From: Spirochaetaceae bacterium | GTDB lineage: Bacteria > Spirochaetota > Spirochaetia > DSM-27196 > SLAA01 | Reading direction: 5' to 3' | Assembly (NCBI GenBank): GCA_007695055.1 | Contig: REEM01000110.1 | Coordinates: 1-60,458 of the forward strand | DNA length: 60,458 nt | Part shown: positions 39,650 through 48,391 of the stretch, one piece after another | Numbering within the stretch: the stretch's first letter is position 1 | How the letters are laid out: every line of letters starts with the position of its first letter | The notes under the pieces: generated by a model | What the model was told of the DNA's origin: nothing | The model's database searches: none | The model's input: the letters and a program-made list of their open reading frames with translations, nothing else | Made by a program: the position numbers and the translations under genes

Positions 39650-39904
39650 ATGAACGAGGCAAAGATTCCAGTATACGTTACCATAACCCGCTTCACCGGA
39701 CTGGGACGGCATGTGCATGTAGAGATGCGTGAAGAGGCGGAGCCACACAGCGACGGGAAGCTACGGGTCATGAGCTTCATCAACAGGGATCGGGCACTTG
39801 AATGGGTGCGACACACCTTTGCTCAGACCTTTGACAGCGCTACGCACGAACTGGTATTTGCCGAACCAAAGACGCGCAAATGGTTCTATCCGGAGGGAGA
39901 CTAA
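39650..39904 (+). CDS. Small hypothetical protein
   Basis: GGAG RBS, 84-aa ORF directly after acs. Confidence 0.55.
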   Translation: MNEAKIPVYVTITRFTGLGRHVHVEMREEAEPHSDGKLRVMSFINRDRALEWVRHTFAQTFDSATHELVFAEPKTRKWFYPEGD

Positions 39905-40012
39905 CCTGCATTGCAGGTTCAGTTTGTCTCCGGGCTGAGCTGACACTTCCCCCGTAATTTGCCCGTAACGCTCCCAAATCTTTCTGCCTTTGCGATATAC
40001 TCGTTCAAACAC

Positions 40013-41041
40013 ATGGGGCGGAAGATGAATCAACTAGAAAACGCTGATCTTGAGAAACAGTCCCGGGATATTTTGGGACACCTTTACGACGTAGCAGGTG
40101 TCGGTATGTGCGTAACTGGTGCAGACCGCAGCTTTGTTGCGGTCAACCGCGAGTACTGCGAAACCTATGGCTATGCTCCGTCTGAGTTGCTGGGTAACGA
40201 GTTTACTATGGTGCTTCCAAGCGAGCAGCGAGAAGCAGCGGCGCAACTTCACGACGACTTCCTGTTGAGAGGACAGGGGGAAGTTAGTGGGGAGTGGGTT
40301 GTTGGCGGGAAGGATGGCGCGCTACGCACCGTGCTTATAACGGCGGGGCGCCTTGAGCTGGAATACACTGTCTACAAGATTACAACCGTATATGACATGC
40401 GCGGCAGATCAACGCGCGCCAATCTCGACCAGATGCAAGAGAACACGCTTCGCGAGGTCAATCACCGAGTCAAAAACCACTTGAATAGCCTTCAGTCAAT
40501 GCTCTATCTACAGCTGCTCGAATCCGAGGGTGAAACCAAGATCGTGAGCATTCTCACTGACAGTATCAACAGGATCAAGTCCATGAGCAGGCTCTATGAC
40601 AGCCTGCAGAATGCGTCCTCGGTAACGAGTATTGGTCTCAAAGCATACCTCGACAGTCTCATTGCGGATATCGTATCTACCGGAGGTCGAGAAGACTTGG
40701 TAGAGGTCTCTCTTGATGTGGAGGACCTCAAGCTTACCGTTGAGCAGGGAGTGTCTCTTGGTCTCATCCTGAATGAGCTTGCGACAAACAGTCTCAAGCA
40801 CGCAATTCCCCAGGGCGGCTCTGGGTCAATATCGATCTCGGTGCACAGCACTGGCCCCTACATCGAGGCCAGAATCAGCGACTCGGGCCCGGGAGTGTCT
40901 GCTGACTATCTTGATCAAACTCGTGAAAGCATTGGCATGCAAATCATTTCTGCAATTGTGGGCCAACACGCCGGTGATTTCTTCCTTGAGGATCCCGAGC
41001 GCTCACAGTTTGTTGTGCGGCTCCCCCGGGTAATGGACTAA
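40013..41041 (+). CDS. PAS-domain HWE/HisKA_2 histidine kinase (orphan)
   Basis: PAS (VNREYCETYGY..ELLG), REVNHRVKNHL, NELATNSLKHA, DSGPG, SIGMQII. Confidence 0.88.
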   Translation: MGRKMNQLENADLEKQSRDILGHLYDVAGVGMCVTGADRSFVAVNREYCETYGYAPSELLGNEFTMVLPSEQREAAAQLHDDFLLRGQGEVSGEWVVGGKDGALRTVLITAGRLELEYTVYKITTVYDMRGRSTRANLDQMQENTLREVNHRVKNHLNSLQSMLYLQLLESEGETKIVSILTDSINRIKSMSRLYDSLQNASSVTSIGLKAYLDSLIADIVSTGGREDLVEVSLDVEDLKLTVEQGVSLGLILNELATNSLKHAIPQGGSGSISISVHSTGPYIEARISDSGPGVSADYLDQTRESIGMQIISAIVGQHAGDFFLEDPERSQFVVRLPRVMD

Positions 41042-41087
41042 CCGCCACCCTTTCGTTTGTGTCCCACCTGTTGCCAGCGTCCTCGTT

Positions 41088-41795
41088 CTACTCGACCGCG
41101 AGGGGAGCATCCCGCACTATCACATAGAGTGCGCCAAGCTGCCCTGCCAGAAGGACACCGGTTGTAGCGAGGGCGCCTCCAACCGACAACCTGTCGATAG
41201 GTGGAACCCCAATGCCCATAATATTCATCCGGACGCCCTCGCCCCAGATAGAGACAAAGACGCCGAGCACCACCAATCCTGCAACAACTGTGGCAAGGCC
41301 AACTAGCACCTTGAAGCGGCAGAATGAGAAACCTATGATCCAGCCCATGAGGAAGAACGCCAGTGCCAACACAACTCCGACGACTGGGCTGAGCACGGGG
41401 TTGCCGCCGCCGTGGACGACAGTTATTGGTAGAATGGGCTCAAGCAGGCCAGCGACCACATAACTAACGAAGGCGAGAGCCTGCAGCGACACGGCAATTC
41501 CCAGCCCCGCCAAGACTCCACCAAGGAGGAAGCTGTGCCGCGTAACTCCCTGCTGCACAAAGTACCGAATGGCGTAGACGCCGTTCACTATTCCCACAAC
41601 CAGGGCAAACACCTGGCTAAAGCCGCGCAGCAGCATCTCGGAGCGCACCTCAATGCTTCCAGCATCGCCCACAAAGAACGAAATTCCTAGGCGGACCGCA
41701 AGCATAATTGCCAGGACTACAAGGGCCCAGAACATGTACAGTTGGTACTCATCAACAGCGACGCGCGCGCTATGGTCAAGCCGGATTGATTTCAT
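41088..41795 (-). CDS. ABC-2-type membrane protein
   Basis: About 6 TM segments, GVTR motif, coupled to the ATPase. Confidence 0.75.
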   Translation of the reverse strand: MKSIRLDHSARVAVDEYQLYMFWALVVLAIMLAVRLGISFFVGDAGSIEVRSEMLLRGFSQVFALVVGIVNGVYAIRYFVQQGVTRHSFLLGGVLAGLGIAVSLQALAFVSYVVAGLLEPILPITVVHGGGNPVLSPVVGVVLALAFFLMGWIIGFSFCRFKVLVGLATVVAGLVVLGVFVSIWGEGVRMNIMGIGVPPIDRLSVGGALATTGVLLAGQLGALYVIVRDAPLAVE

Positions 41796-42711
41796 GGGTT
41801 CCTCCCTTGGTGAGTGAATCTGCGGGTTCGGTAAGATGAATGAACAGGTCTTGCAGCGACGCCGGAGCACATTCCAGGCCTGTCGCTTCTGCTGCGGCTC
41901 TATCCTGGTCGCTGAGTACTCCGTAGAGCATTACCGCTGCGGTAGGGCCCAGGCGCTTGTTGTCAATGACGGTCTTGTCTGCGGTGAACTGCTCTACAGC
42001 ACCCGCCTCGCCGGTGACGGTGGTGCCGCGCTCAAGCAGCGTGTCTTGTGGCTCGTCAAAGAGCAGGCTTCCGTTGTGCAGGATGAGCACCTGGTCAAAG
42101 AGGTAGGCGGCCTCTGAGACGAGGTGTGTTGAGAGAACAAAGGTTCGCCCCGTTGCTGCGCGCTGATCAAGAATTGTGTTGTAGAACAGGTTTCTCGACG
42201 GCGCATCCATTCCGTGGTGGACTTCGTCAAACAGCGTAAGAGGCGCTCCTGAGGCTAGTCCCTCAACGGCGCTGACTGCGGACTGCATACCCAGGGAGAG
42301 CTCCGAGAGCGACTTCTTACGGTCAAGTCCAAAGCGCCGTGCAAGGTCCATGGCAAGGTCAATATCGAAATCCTTGCGATATCGCGCGCAATGTTTGAGG
42401 GTCTCCTCAACTGTGTCGGATTCATCGCTCACGTCTCTGGCAAAGACAAAATGTACCAAGCTCATTCGTGCTGCATCTTCAAAAGGGTCGTCACCCTGTA
42501 CATGGACGCTCCCGGTACTCGGTCTGCGGTATGAGGCCAGAAGTGACAACAGGGTCGTCTTCCCTGCGCCGTTGCGTCCAATAAGACCGTAGATCAAGCC
42601 CGGTTCGATGCTGGTGCTTACAGAGTCAAGGGCAACGGTTTTCCCAAACCTCACCCCGACATTGTTCAGTGTCGCCAGGGGCAAAGTCTCAGTCTGTTGC
42701 GTGGTTGTCAT
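41776..42711 (-). CDS. ABC exporter ATPase (YtrB-like)
   Basis: GRNGAGKTT, LSLGM, FDEVHHGMDA, STH, SLQDLFIHLT. Confidence 0.85.
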   Translation of the reverse strand: MTTTQQTETLPLATLNNVGVRFGKTVALDSVSTSIEPGLIYGLIGRNGAGKTTLLSLLASYRRPSTGSVHVQGDDPFEDAARMSLVHFVFARDVSDESDTVEETLKHCARYRKDFDIDLAMDLARRFGLDRKKSLSELSLGMQSAVSAVEGLASGAPLTLFDEVHHGMDAPSRNLFYNTILDQRAATGRTFVLSTHLVSEAAYLFDQVLILHNGSLLFDEPQDTLLERGTTVTGEAGAVEQFTADKTVIDNKRLGPTAAVMLYGVLSDQDRAAAEATGLECAPASLQDLFIHLTEPADSLTKGGTHEINPA

Positions 42712-43072
42712 GGATGGTATCCTCCTTTTCAGCGTGCGAAATGGTAGATAGGAGTTCCGCATGCGAGATCCCAAGGCGCCGTGCCTCTCGTACGAGCGGC
42801 AGCACGTAGGCGCTTACGAAGCCTTCGCGCCGCGCCTGCCGTATCCGATCCAGCGCGTCAGCGCATACAAACATTCCAACGCCGCGTCTTTTGTAGATAA
42901 TTCCCTCGTCCACCAACATGTTCATTCCTTTCAGCACCGTGAGGTGATTCACCTGGTAGAACTTCACCATTTGAGTTGAGGAGGGCACCTGGTCGTCGGG
43001 CGCAAGGCGACCGGAGAGAATCATGTCCTCAATGTGGCTCTTGATCTGTACAAACAAAGGATCAGTTCCCAT
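42689..43072 (-). CDS. GntR/YtrA-subfamily regulator
   Basis: PLFVQI..VPS..VNHLTV..KRRGVGMFV, short C-terminus. Confidence 0.88.
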   Translation of the reverse strand: MGTDPLFVQIKSHIEDMILSGRLAPDDQVPSSTQMVKFYQVNHLTVLKGMNMLVDEGIIYKRRGVGMFVCADALDRIRQARREGFVSAYVLPLVREARRLGISHAELLSTISHAEKEDTIHDNHATD

Positions 43073-43093
43073 GTCGGAACTCCATTGGTTCTA

Positions 43094-43136
43094 TGGTCAT
43101 ATGTATAACTATATAACCAGAGCCAGCCTGTGTCAA
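43094..43136 (-). promoter_or_regulatory. Promoter TTGACA-17-TATAGT with YtrA-type palindrome TGGTCATAT-N8-ATATAACCA
   Basis: Near-consensus hexamers; 8/9 inverted repeat overlapping the -10. Confidence 0.7.
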
Positions 43137-43142
43137 TAGAAC

Positions 43143-43339
43143 AGTTTGGACGCCGAGGTTGCGCGTTGGGCACGAGCAAAGGCCGCGAAGAACGACACAA
43201 GTGCGGTTCCTGAGCAAGCCGGTGCGCCGCCTGCAGTCAAGCAGGATGTACCGAGATCCTCTCTGAAGACTTGAATCCACACCAGGAGTATCTGGGCATT
43301 CGGGTGACAAACCCCTTCGAGACCATTGTGGCTCATTGA
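43143..43339 (+). pseudogene. Collapsed vapBC module, paralog of 46962-47637
   Basis: SLDAEVARWARAKAAKNDTS (antitoxin piece) joined to AACSQAGCTEILSEDLNPHQEYLGIRVTNPF (toxin C-terminus); the intervening sequence is deleted. Confidence 0.85.
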
Positions 43340-43364
43340 GCGAAGCTATTCAGAAAGAAACACC

Positions 43365-43395
43365 TTGACTGGAAATGGTAGTGCAGCTACCATTT
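43365..43395 (+). promoter_or_regulatory. Promoter TTGACT-17-TACCAT with perfect operator AAATGGTAG-tgcag-CTACCATTT
   Basis: 9-5-9 palindrome; ATG 6 nt after the -10. Confidence 0.75.
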
Positions 43396-43399
43396 AACC

Positions 43400-43672
43400 A
43401 TGAACGTTACCATTGACCGGTTGGGGAGAATTGTTGTGCCTAAGCAGGTTCGCGACAGGTTTCATCTTGTTGCGGGGACTTCCCTTGAGCTTGAGGTGGA
43501 GTCTGATGGAATTCGAATTCGGCCGCTTCACCAGGAGCCAGCGCTGCAGCGAAAGCAGGGTGTGCTGATTCATCACGGGCCGGAAACGGTGAGCCTGGAC
43601 ATGGCGGAGTTTGTTAATCGTGACCGGGCAAACCGGGACACGGATCTCGTCGCCGAAGGGCCCGCAGAGTGA
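43400..43672 (+). CDS. vapB: AbrB/MazE/SpoVT antitoxin
   Basis: TIDRLGRIVVPKQVRDRFHL..G..LELE. Confidence 0.85.
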   Translation: MNVTIDRLGRIVVPKQVRDRFHLVAGTSLELEVESDGIRIRPLHQEPALQRKQGVLIHHGPETVSLDMAEFVNRDRANRDTDLVAEGPAE

Positions 43673-44100
43673 CGGTGCTCTTTGACACATCGGTACTGGT
43701 TCCTGCGCTCGTAGACCAGCTTGCCAACCATCCGGCCTGTTTCTCCGCGTTTGTAGTCGCTACCTCAGACGGAAATCGCGGCGTGTGCTCGACCCACGCC
43801 TTAGCTGAGTGCTACTCCGTGTTGACCTCGTTGCCGGTGCCTCGCCGAATCACCGCGCCGGAGGCGCGGCGGCTTGTTGAGGAAAGCATTCTGCAGCGCT
43901 TAACCGTTGTCGCCCTGAAGACGGAGGACTACCGCGAAGCAATGCGGACTCTTGCTGAGGCTGGCCTCACCGGCGGAGTCATCTACGACGCACTTCACGT
44001 TGCCGCAGCCCGCAAAGAGGGATGCAGTCGCATTCTGACCTACAACCTTCGGCACTTCCAGGCACTCTGCCCACCGGAGATCACTGTCACGGCCCCGTGA
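43669..44100 (+). CDS. vapC: VapC PIN toxin (apparently intact)
   Basis: FDTSVL, LAECYSVLT, IYDALH, TYNLRHF. Confidence 0.88.
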   Translation: MTVLFDTSVLVPALVDQLANHPACFSAFVVATSDGNRGVCSTHALAECYSVLTSLPVPRRITAPEARRLVEESILQRLTVVALKTEDYREAMRTLAEAGLTGGVIYDALHVAAARKEGCSRILTYNLRHFQALCPPEITVTAP

Positions 44101-44129
44101 AGACCCACGAATTGCGTCGTACCCTGTTC

Positions 44130-44378
44130 TCGTGAAACATCGATATCTTCGCGCTCGAGAAGTGATGCGACCCGATCTGGAGTCACCTGAACTGACCCGG
44201 GGCGCTTAGAGTGAACCAGCGGGAACTCAACCCGCCGGGTCTCAATCCTCATTGGGCTTCCGGCGAGCTCGTGCTCAATTGCCTGGGTGATAAATTCCTT
44301 GAGCGTCGTACCCCGCAAAGATGAAACCACCTTGGCTTTGCGGAACAACGCATCTGGCAAATCAATTGTCGTACGCAT
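44130..44378 (-). CDS. Orphan RHH antitoxin; stop lost and cognate toxin cut after ATG TTT
   Basis: MRTTIDLPDALFRKAK..LKEFI; overlapping ATG at 44140 then unrelated sequence; ORF reads on into the convergent vapC. Confidence 0.7.
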
Positions 44379-44429
44379 ATTCGCATGTTCACACATTCGC
44401 ACCACTAATTCAAGATTTTGGCTCCTGAA

Positions 44430-44544
44430 CGAGCAGAAAAGCCCGCAAGAAGCGCATCCAGCCATGAGTCGTCTACCTCAAGCTTGCCGATAGATGCCTT
44501 GATCGCCACCACAACACTATGTGGGTATCAAGGAGAAGGTTCAT
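44430..44544 (-). pseudogene. vapC: VapC remnant with internal deletion and 3' truncation
   Basis: MNLLLDTHIVLWW, then shifted frame AIKASIGKLEVDDSW. Confidence 0.8.
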
Positions 44545-44780
44545 TGTTCGCCCGCTCCAAAGGCGCTGGCGATATCTTCAGGGAGTGTATCAAAGTCATC
44601 TGCAATTCGAATTTTTCCACGGAGCCTTCCCGGCTGACGGACACCGGTTGCCCGGTTATAGGGAACCAGTACGGCAACTGCTTTTCCCGCTTTGCTGATG
44701 ATGACCTCTTCGCCGCTGACCGCACGTTCAACAAGGGCAGACAACTGTGCCTTTGCTTCAGTGATTGTGTTTACTACCAT
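44541..44780 (-). CDS. Phd/YefM antitoxin
   Basis: TITEAKAQLSALVERAVSGEEVIISKAGKAVAVL..IADDFDTLP. Confidence 0.88.
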   Translation of the reverse strand: MVVNTITEAKAQLSALVERAVSGEEVIISKAGKAVAVLVPYNRATGVRQPGRLRGKIRIADDFDTLPEDIASAFGAGEQ

Positions 44781-44811
44781 GGCGATATCTCCGGTTGTTT
44801 CAGATAGTACC

Positions 44812-44827
44812 AGACCAGATCTGGTCT
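44812..44827. promoter_or_regulatory. Perfect 16-bp palindrome AGACCAGATCTGGTCT, probable TA operator
   Basis: Lies directly upstream of the Phd gene. Confidence 0.6.
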
Positions 44828-44956
44828 ATACCACTTTTATGATACGCTGATTCTCTTCTCCGATCAAGGACACATCAGATGAGTGATTCAAAGGGCTCAC
44901 ACGCCCGGGAGTAACTCGGGCACGTAAGCCTTCAATCTGCGTGGCTTTTGCCGCTC

Positions 44957-45571
44957 TTAGAACGGCGTGCGGACCAGCCGATCAACTGCTGCGTCTCGCT
45001 CTGCCGCCGGTATGAGTTTCGGTTGGGTGACCAGCAAGGTAGCAACTCCGTGTACTTTTGCCCAGAAGCCCAGGAGAAACTCGTTCTCACTCAGGTGCCG
45101 GTAGGCCGCCTCTTTGTGGAGGGGTAGGGCGGTTCTCTTGAACAGCTCAAAACCGCTGTGCTCGCGAGACTCGTGACCCCCCAGCCCGCCCATGAGTGTA
45201 TACAGCGGGTTGTCGTCCGAGGGAAGTACAGAGAACAGTGGCAAGATCTCAGGGTTGTGCACAAAGAACTGAACGTAGGCAATCCCAAGGCGCATGAGCA
45301 TTTCGCGTTGGTCTATGGGTCGATGTTTGTCTCGGGGGCCGTGCACCGCCCGGTTGAGCGATTCCTCGAATGCAGTACTGGTGTGTTCAAGAATAGCGCG
45401 CAAGAGTTCGTCTTTGCTGCGGAAGTGGCGGTAAGCAGCAGCGTGACTTACGCCAAGCTCGCGCGAGAGGGCCCGTAAAGAGAAGGACTTAACTCCGTCC
45501 CTGTTGAGCATTCGAAGACCACCGCCAATGAGTTCACCTCGCAGGTTTCCGTGATGGTACTGCTCATTCAT
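44957..45571 (-). CDS. TetR-family regulator
   Basis: YHHGNLR..FSLRALSRELGVSHAAAYRHF; WAKVHG. Confidence 0.9.
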   Translation of the reverse strand: MNEQYHHGNLRGELIGGGLRMLNRDGVKSFSLRALSRELGVSHAAAYRHFRSKDELLRAILEHTSTAFEESLNRAVHGPRDKHRPIDQREMLMRLGIAYVQFFVHNPEILPLFSVLPSDDNPLYTLMGGLGGHESREHSGFELFKRTALPLHKEAAYRHLSENEFLLGFWAKVHGVATLLVTQPKLIPAAERDAAVDRLVRTPF

Positions 45572-45590
45572 GAGAAAACTATAGCATTCT

Positions 45591-45646
45591 ATGTTGACAA
45601 TGTAAACATCCCGGGGTACAGTGTGTTATGTTACCAGTGTAAACAT
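45591..45646. promoter_or_regulatory. Two TetR-type operators ATGTTGACAATGTAAACAT and ATGTTACCAGTGTAAACAT in the divergent promoter
   Basis: Repeated imperfect 19-bp palindromes at 45591-45609 and 45628-45646. Confidence 0.75.
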
Positions 45647-45676
45647 TGCTGGCGAAAACCGGGTAGGAGGAGTTCC

Positions 45677-46246
45677 ATGAAAAAAATTGTGGTAGTGTGC
45701 GACTCGCGCGAGCCCCAAGCGCGTGCCGTTACTCACCTGACTGAGCAGGTATGCTCACAGTACGACTGGGCTATAGAAAGGATACATGCCGATGCAGTGC
45801 TGCTTTCCGACTGTATTGGCTGCTTTGGTTGCTGGGTGAAGACGCCGGGCCTCTGCGTGCTCACCAGGGATCAGGGCAATGATATGGCCCGCACCGTTTT
45901 ATCCGGTACTCACCTGGTCTTTGTCTCACGGGTTACCTGGGGTGGCTACAGTGCAAGCATAAAGAAATGCGCCGACCGCATGCTGCCGTTGCTGCATCCG
46001 GACTTTCGCAAGGTCAACGGTCAGATGCATCACATCATGCGCTACCCCCATATGCCACGAATGCTCGCGGTGGGCTACGGCGCGGTCTCGCCGTCCGAGG
46101 TACAGTGCTTCCGTACCTACACCGCCGCGCATGCCCGCAACATGGACACAGAGCTGGGCCAGCGGGCCTTTATCTGGCCTGAGCAACACCAAGACCCTGA
46201 GCCAGCTGCGTACACCAGGTGGCTGAGTGAGGAGGTGTGCGCATGA
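45677..46246 (+). CDS. Iron-sulfur flavoprotein/flavodoxin-family protein
   Basis: CIGCFGCWVKTPGLC cluster motif; AGGAGGAG RBS. Confidence 0.8.
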   Translation: MKKIVVVCDSREPQARAVTHLTEQVCSQYDWAIERIHADAVLLSDCIGCFGCWVKTPGLCVLTRDQGNDMARTVLSGTHLVFVSRVTWGGYSASIKKCADRMLPLLHPDFRKVNGQMHHIMRYPHMPRMLAVGYGAVSPSEVQCFRTYTAAHARNMDTELGQRAFIWPEQHQDPEPAAYTRWLSEEVCA

Positions 46247-46929
46247 GGGTTGTAGCAATAAACGGTAGCCCGCGGGGTGCGGCTTCCTCTTCGCACGAGG
46301 TTGTTCGCATTGTACAGTCCATGGTGCCGCCAGGTGTCCATGCTCAGTGGCAGACGGTTGAGCACATCCAGCGCCTGACCGAGGCCGATCTCGAGCTCAT
46401 GAGTACGGCAGATGTACTGCTCATAGCGTTCCCGCTCTATATTGACGGTGTTCCGGCCTCCACCTTGGGCTTCCTGGAGCGCTACAAGGCAGCGCGAATG
46501 CGGGCCGCCTGTGCCCATGGGGCACAGCGGGTCTTTGCCGTGTCCAACTGCGGCTTCTACGAGGGAGCCCAAAACCGCTGGGCAGTTGAGATAATGGCCA
46601 ACTACTGTGCTGATCTAGGCCTGCGGTGGTGCGGCGGAGTAGGTATAGGCACCGGTGAAATGATTCGTGGCCTTGCGCAGGTACCACTGAAGGCGCGGGT
46701 GCGACGCCCAGTCACCGCCGCGCTTCTCCGTTTAGCCGAGGCAATACAAGAGACACACGGGGCACTGGATCAAGATATCTATACCCAACACGCCTTACCG
46801 TGGAGAATCTACCAGGTACTTGGCCAACATGGATGGCGCAGACAACTCCGCCGCAACGGCCTGCATGCCCGTGAGATCGGCGCCCAACCGCTCACTAAAT
46901 CATTCCTTTCACTAAATCATTCCTTGTAG
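46243..46929 (+). CDS. NADPH-dependent FMN reductase/flavodoxin-like protein
   Basis: INGSPRG..S, FPLYIDGVP, NCGFYEG. Confidence 0.8.
   Translation: MRVVAINGSPRGAASSSHEVVRIVQSMVPPGVHAQWQTVEHIQRLTEADLELMSTADVLLIAFPLYIDGVPASTLGFLERYKAARMRAACAHGAQRVFAVSNCGFYEGAQNRWAVEIMANYCADLGLRWCGGVGIGTGEMIRGLAQVPLKARVRRPVTAALLRLAEAIQETHGALDQDIYTQHALPWRIYQVLGQHGWRRQLRRNGLHAREIGAQPLTKSFLSLNHSL
46892..46925 (+). repeat. Perfect tandem 17-bp duplication TCACTAAATCATTCCTT x2
   Basis: 46892-46908 = 46909-46925. Confidence 0.9.
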
Positions 46930-46961
46930 GCGAAGAACGAAGTCAGTGCTACACTGAATGC

Positions 46962-47198
46962 GTGAGAAAACGTAATGTTACTATCAGTCTAGATGCCGAT
47001 GTCGCGCGTTGGGCTCGCATAAAGGCGGCCGAGAACGACACAAGTGTTTCTCGTATGCTGGCTGATCAGCTTGAGCAGCAGATGGCAAAGGACACTGAAT
47101 ATGAGCAGGCACAAGCGCGGTTCTTGAACAAAGCAGGACGTCGCCTCCGAAAAGACAGCACAGCATACCCACAACGAGATACCTTGTACGAGCGGTAA
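46962..47198 (+). CDS. vapB: RHH/CopG antitoxin
   Basis: RNVTISLDADVARWARIKAAENDTSVSRML..RDTLYER. Confidence 0.85.
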   Translation: MRKRNVTISLDADVARWARIKAAENDTSVSRMLADQLEQQMAKDTEYEQAQARFLNKAGRRLRKDSTAYPQRDTLYER

Positions 47199-47637
47199 GC
47201 AGTTTGTGGACACAAACGTGCTCGTGTACAGTCGCGACACCACCGAAGTAGACAAGCACGCCGTCGCCTCGGACATCATGCGGCGTCTGTGGGAGGACCG
47301 CACCGGCGTTATCAGCACGCAGGTGTGCAGTGAGTTCTATGTCACGGTAACGCGAAAGCTTGATCCCGGACTGACGCCCGAAGAAGCATGGGAAGATCTA
47401 GAAGCGCTGCTGGCATGGGATCCGGTCCCGGTGAACGCAAGTTGTATGCGAGTCGCCAGGCATATCGAACTGCGATACGGCCTGTCCTGGTGGGATAGCC
47501 TGATCATTGCGGCCTGCAGCCAGGCCGGTTGTATCGAAATCCTCTCAGAAGACTTGAACCCGGGTCAGGAATATCTGGGTATTCGGGTAACGAATCCGTT
47601 CAATGCCGGTGGGTCAACCCTGGAAACGGAAACGTAA
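47188..47637 (+). CDS. vapC: VapC PIN toxin; native start appears to be ACG (47188), next in-frame start GTG 47206
   Basis: FVDTNVLVY, STQVCSEFY, SWWDSLII, LSEDLN..NPF. Confidence 0.8.
   Translation, partial: TSGKQFVDTNVLVYSRDTTEVDKHAVASDIMRRLWEDRTGVISTQVCSEFYVTVTRKLDPGLTPEEAWEDLEALLAWDPVPVNASCMRVARHIELRYGLSWWDSLIIAACSQAGCIEILSEDLNPGQEYLGIRVTNPFNAGGSTLETET
47366..47533 (+). repeat. 168-bp direct repeat, copy 1 (copy 2 at 60291-60458)
   Basis: By-eye alignment, 4 mismatches. Confidence 0.9.
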
Positions 47638-47668
47638 CGCCAGCTGCTGTTCCCCCGCCCGGGCGACC

Positions 47669-48055
47669 CTATGGAGGCCCATCTAACCACGCTGCGTGTG
47701 AGTAGTTGTCACGGATAGTGCGGTTCCGGGTGCACAACTCCGCACTGTAGGCGAGTGCGTGTGACACAATAAGGCGGTCAAATGGGTCCCGTGTCCATCT
47801 AAGGTGGTTTGCAATCTCGGCAGCCCGTAGCCACCCTGCGGTTTCTATCTGCACGCCAAGGTCACGTTCGAGAACTCCCAGAACTCCGGCCGGATCTTCT
47901 TTAACTCTGCCGATTTCGCACAGGAACGACATCTCCAGCCGCACCATGGGAGAGATGAAGAGCTCACTCTCATCCAGCAGTTGCTGGGTGGAGCCGGGAA
48001 TGCGGTACGGCTCTGCGAACAACCACAGTGCAACGTGTGTGTCTAGAAACACCAC
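47669..48055 (-). CDS. vapC: VapC PIN toxin (DPFDR subtype)
   Basis: FLDTHVALW, SPMVRLE, RDPFDRLI; TAGTG coupling to the antitoxin. Confidence 0.85.
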   Translation of the reverse strand: MVFLDTHVALWLFAEPYRIPGSTQQLLDESELFISPMVRLEMSFLCEIGRVKEDPAGVLGVLERDLGVQIETAGWLRAAEIANHLRWTRDPFDRLIVSHALAYSAELCTRNRTIRDNYSHAAWLDGPP

Positions 48056-48273
48056 TATGGCTTCCACTCCGACGGACTGAAGCTGTCTAGGTTATCTCCG
48101 TTAATTAGCACGCCGTCCCGCGATGGAAGCTCATGTACCTTGAGCCGCCGGGTGTGAGGCCGTAGCGCAACCGTTCCGTGGCGCCGCTCTACCAGCACCG
48201 GCTCGCCGGACTCAATGCACCGGTCAAGAGTGCTAAAGAGATTGCGGCGCAGTTCGCTTGCCTTAATCTGCAT
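48055..48273 (-). CDS. Phd/YefM antitoxin
   Basis: IKASELRRNLFSTLD..GEPVLVERRHG. Confidence 0.82.
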   Translation of the reverse strand: MQIKASELRRNLFSTLDRCIESGEPVLVERRHGTVALRPHTRRLKVHELPSRDGVLINGDNLDSFSPSEWKP

Positions 48274-48295
48274 TCTCCCACCTCCGTCAGAATAG

Positions 48296-48322
48296 TGTAC
48301 AATGATTCAAAGAACATGTACA
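48296..48322. promoter_or_regulatory. Two TGTACA palindromes, YefM-type operator
   Basis: 48296-48301 and 48317-48322, upstream of the antitoxin. Confidence 0.6.
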
Positions 48323-48335
48323 ACATTTTCGAATC

Positions 48336-48391
48336 ATGAGTTAGTCAGAAAGCCTTTCAAAAAAGGCAATAGTCAAGCAGTGTATCCTTGA
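48336..48391 (+). pseudogene. Possible AbrB/VapB antitoxin N-terminal scar
   Basis: Off-frame ELVRKPFKKGNSQAVYP* resembles the KxFxxGNSQAVRIP start of AbrB-type VapB. Confidence 0.4.
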
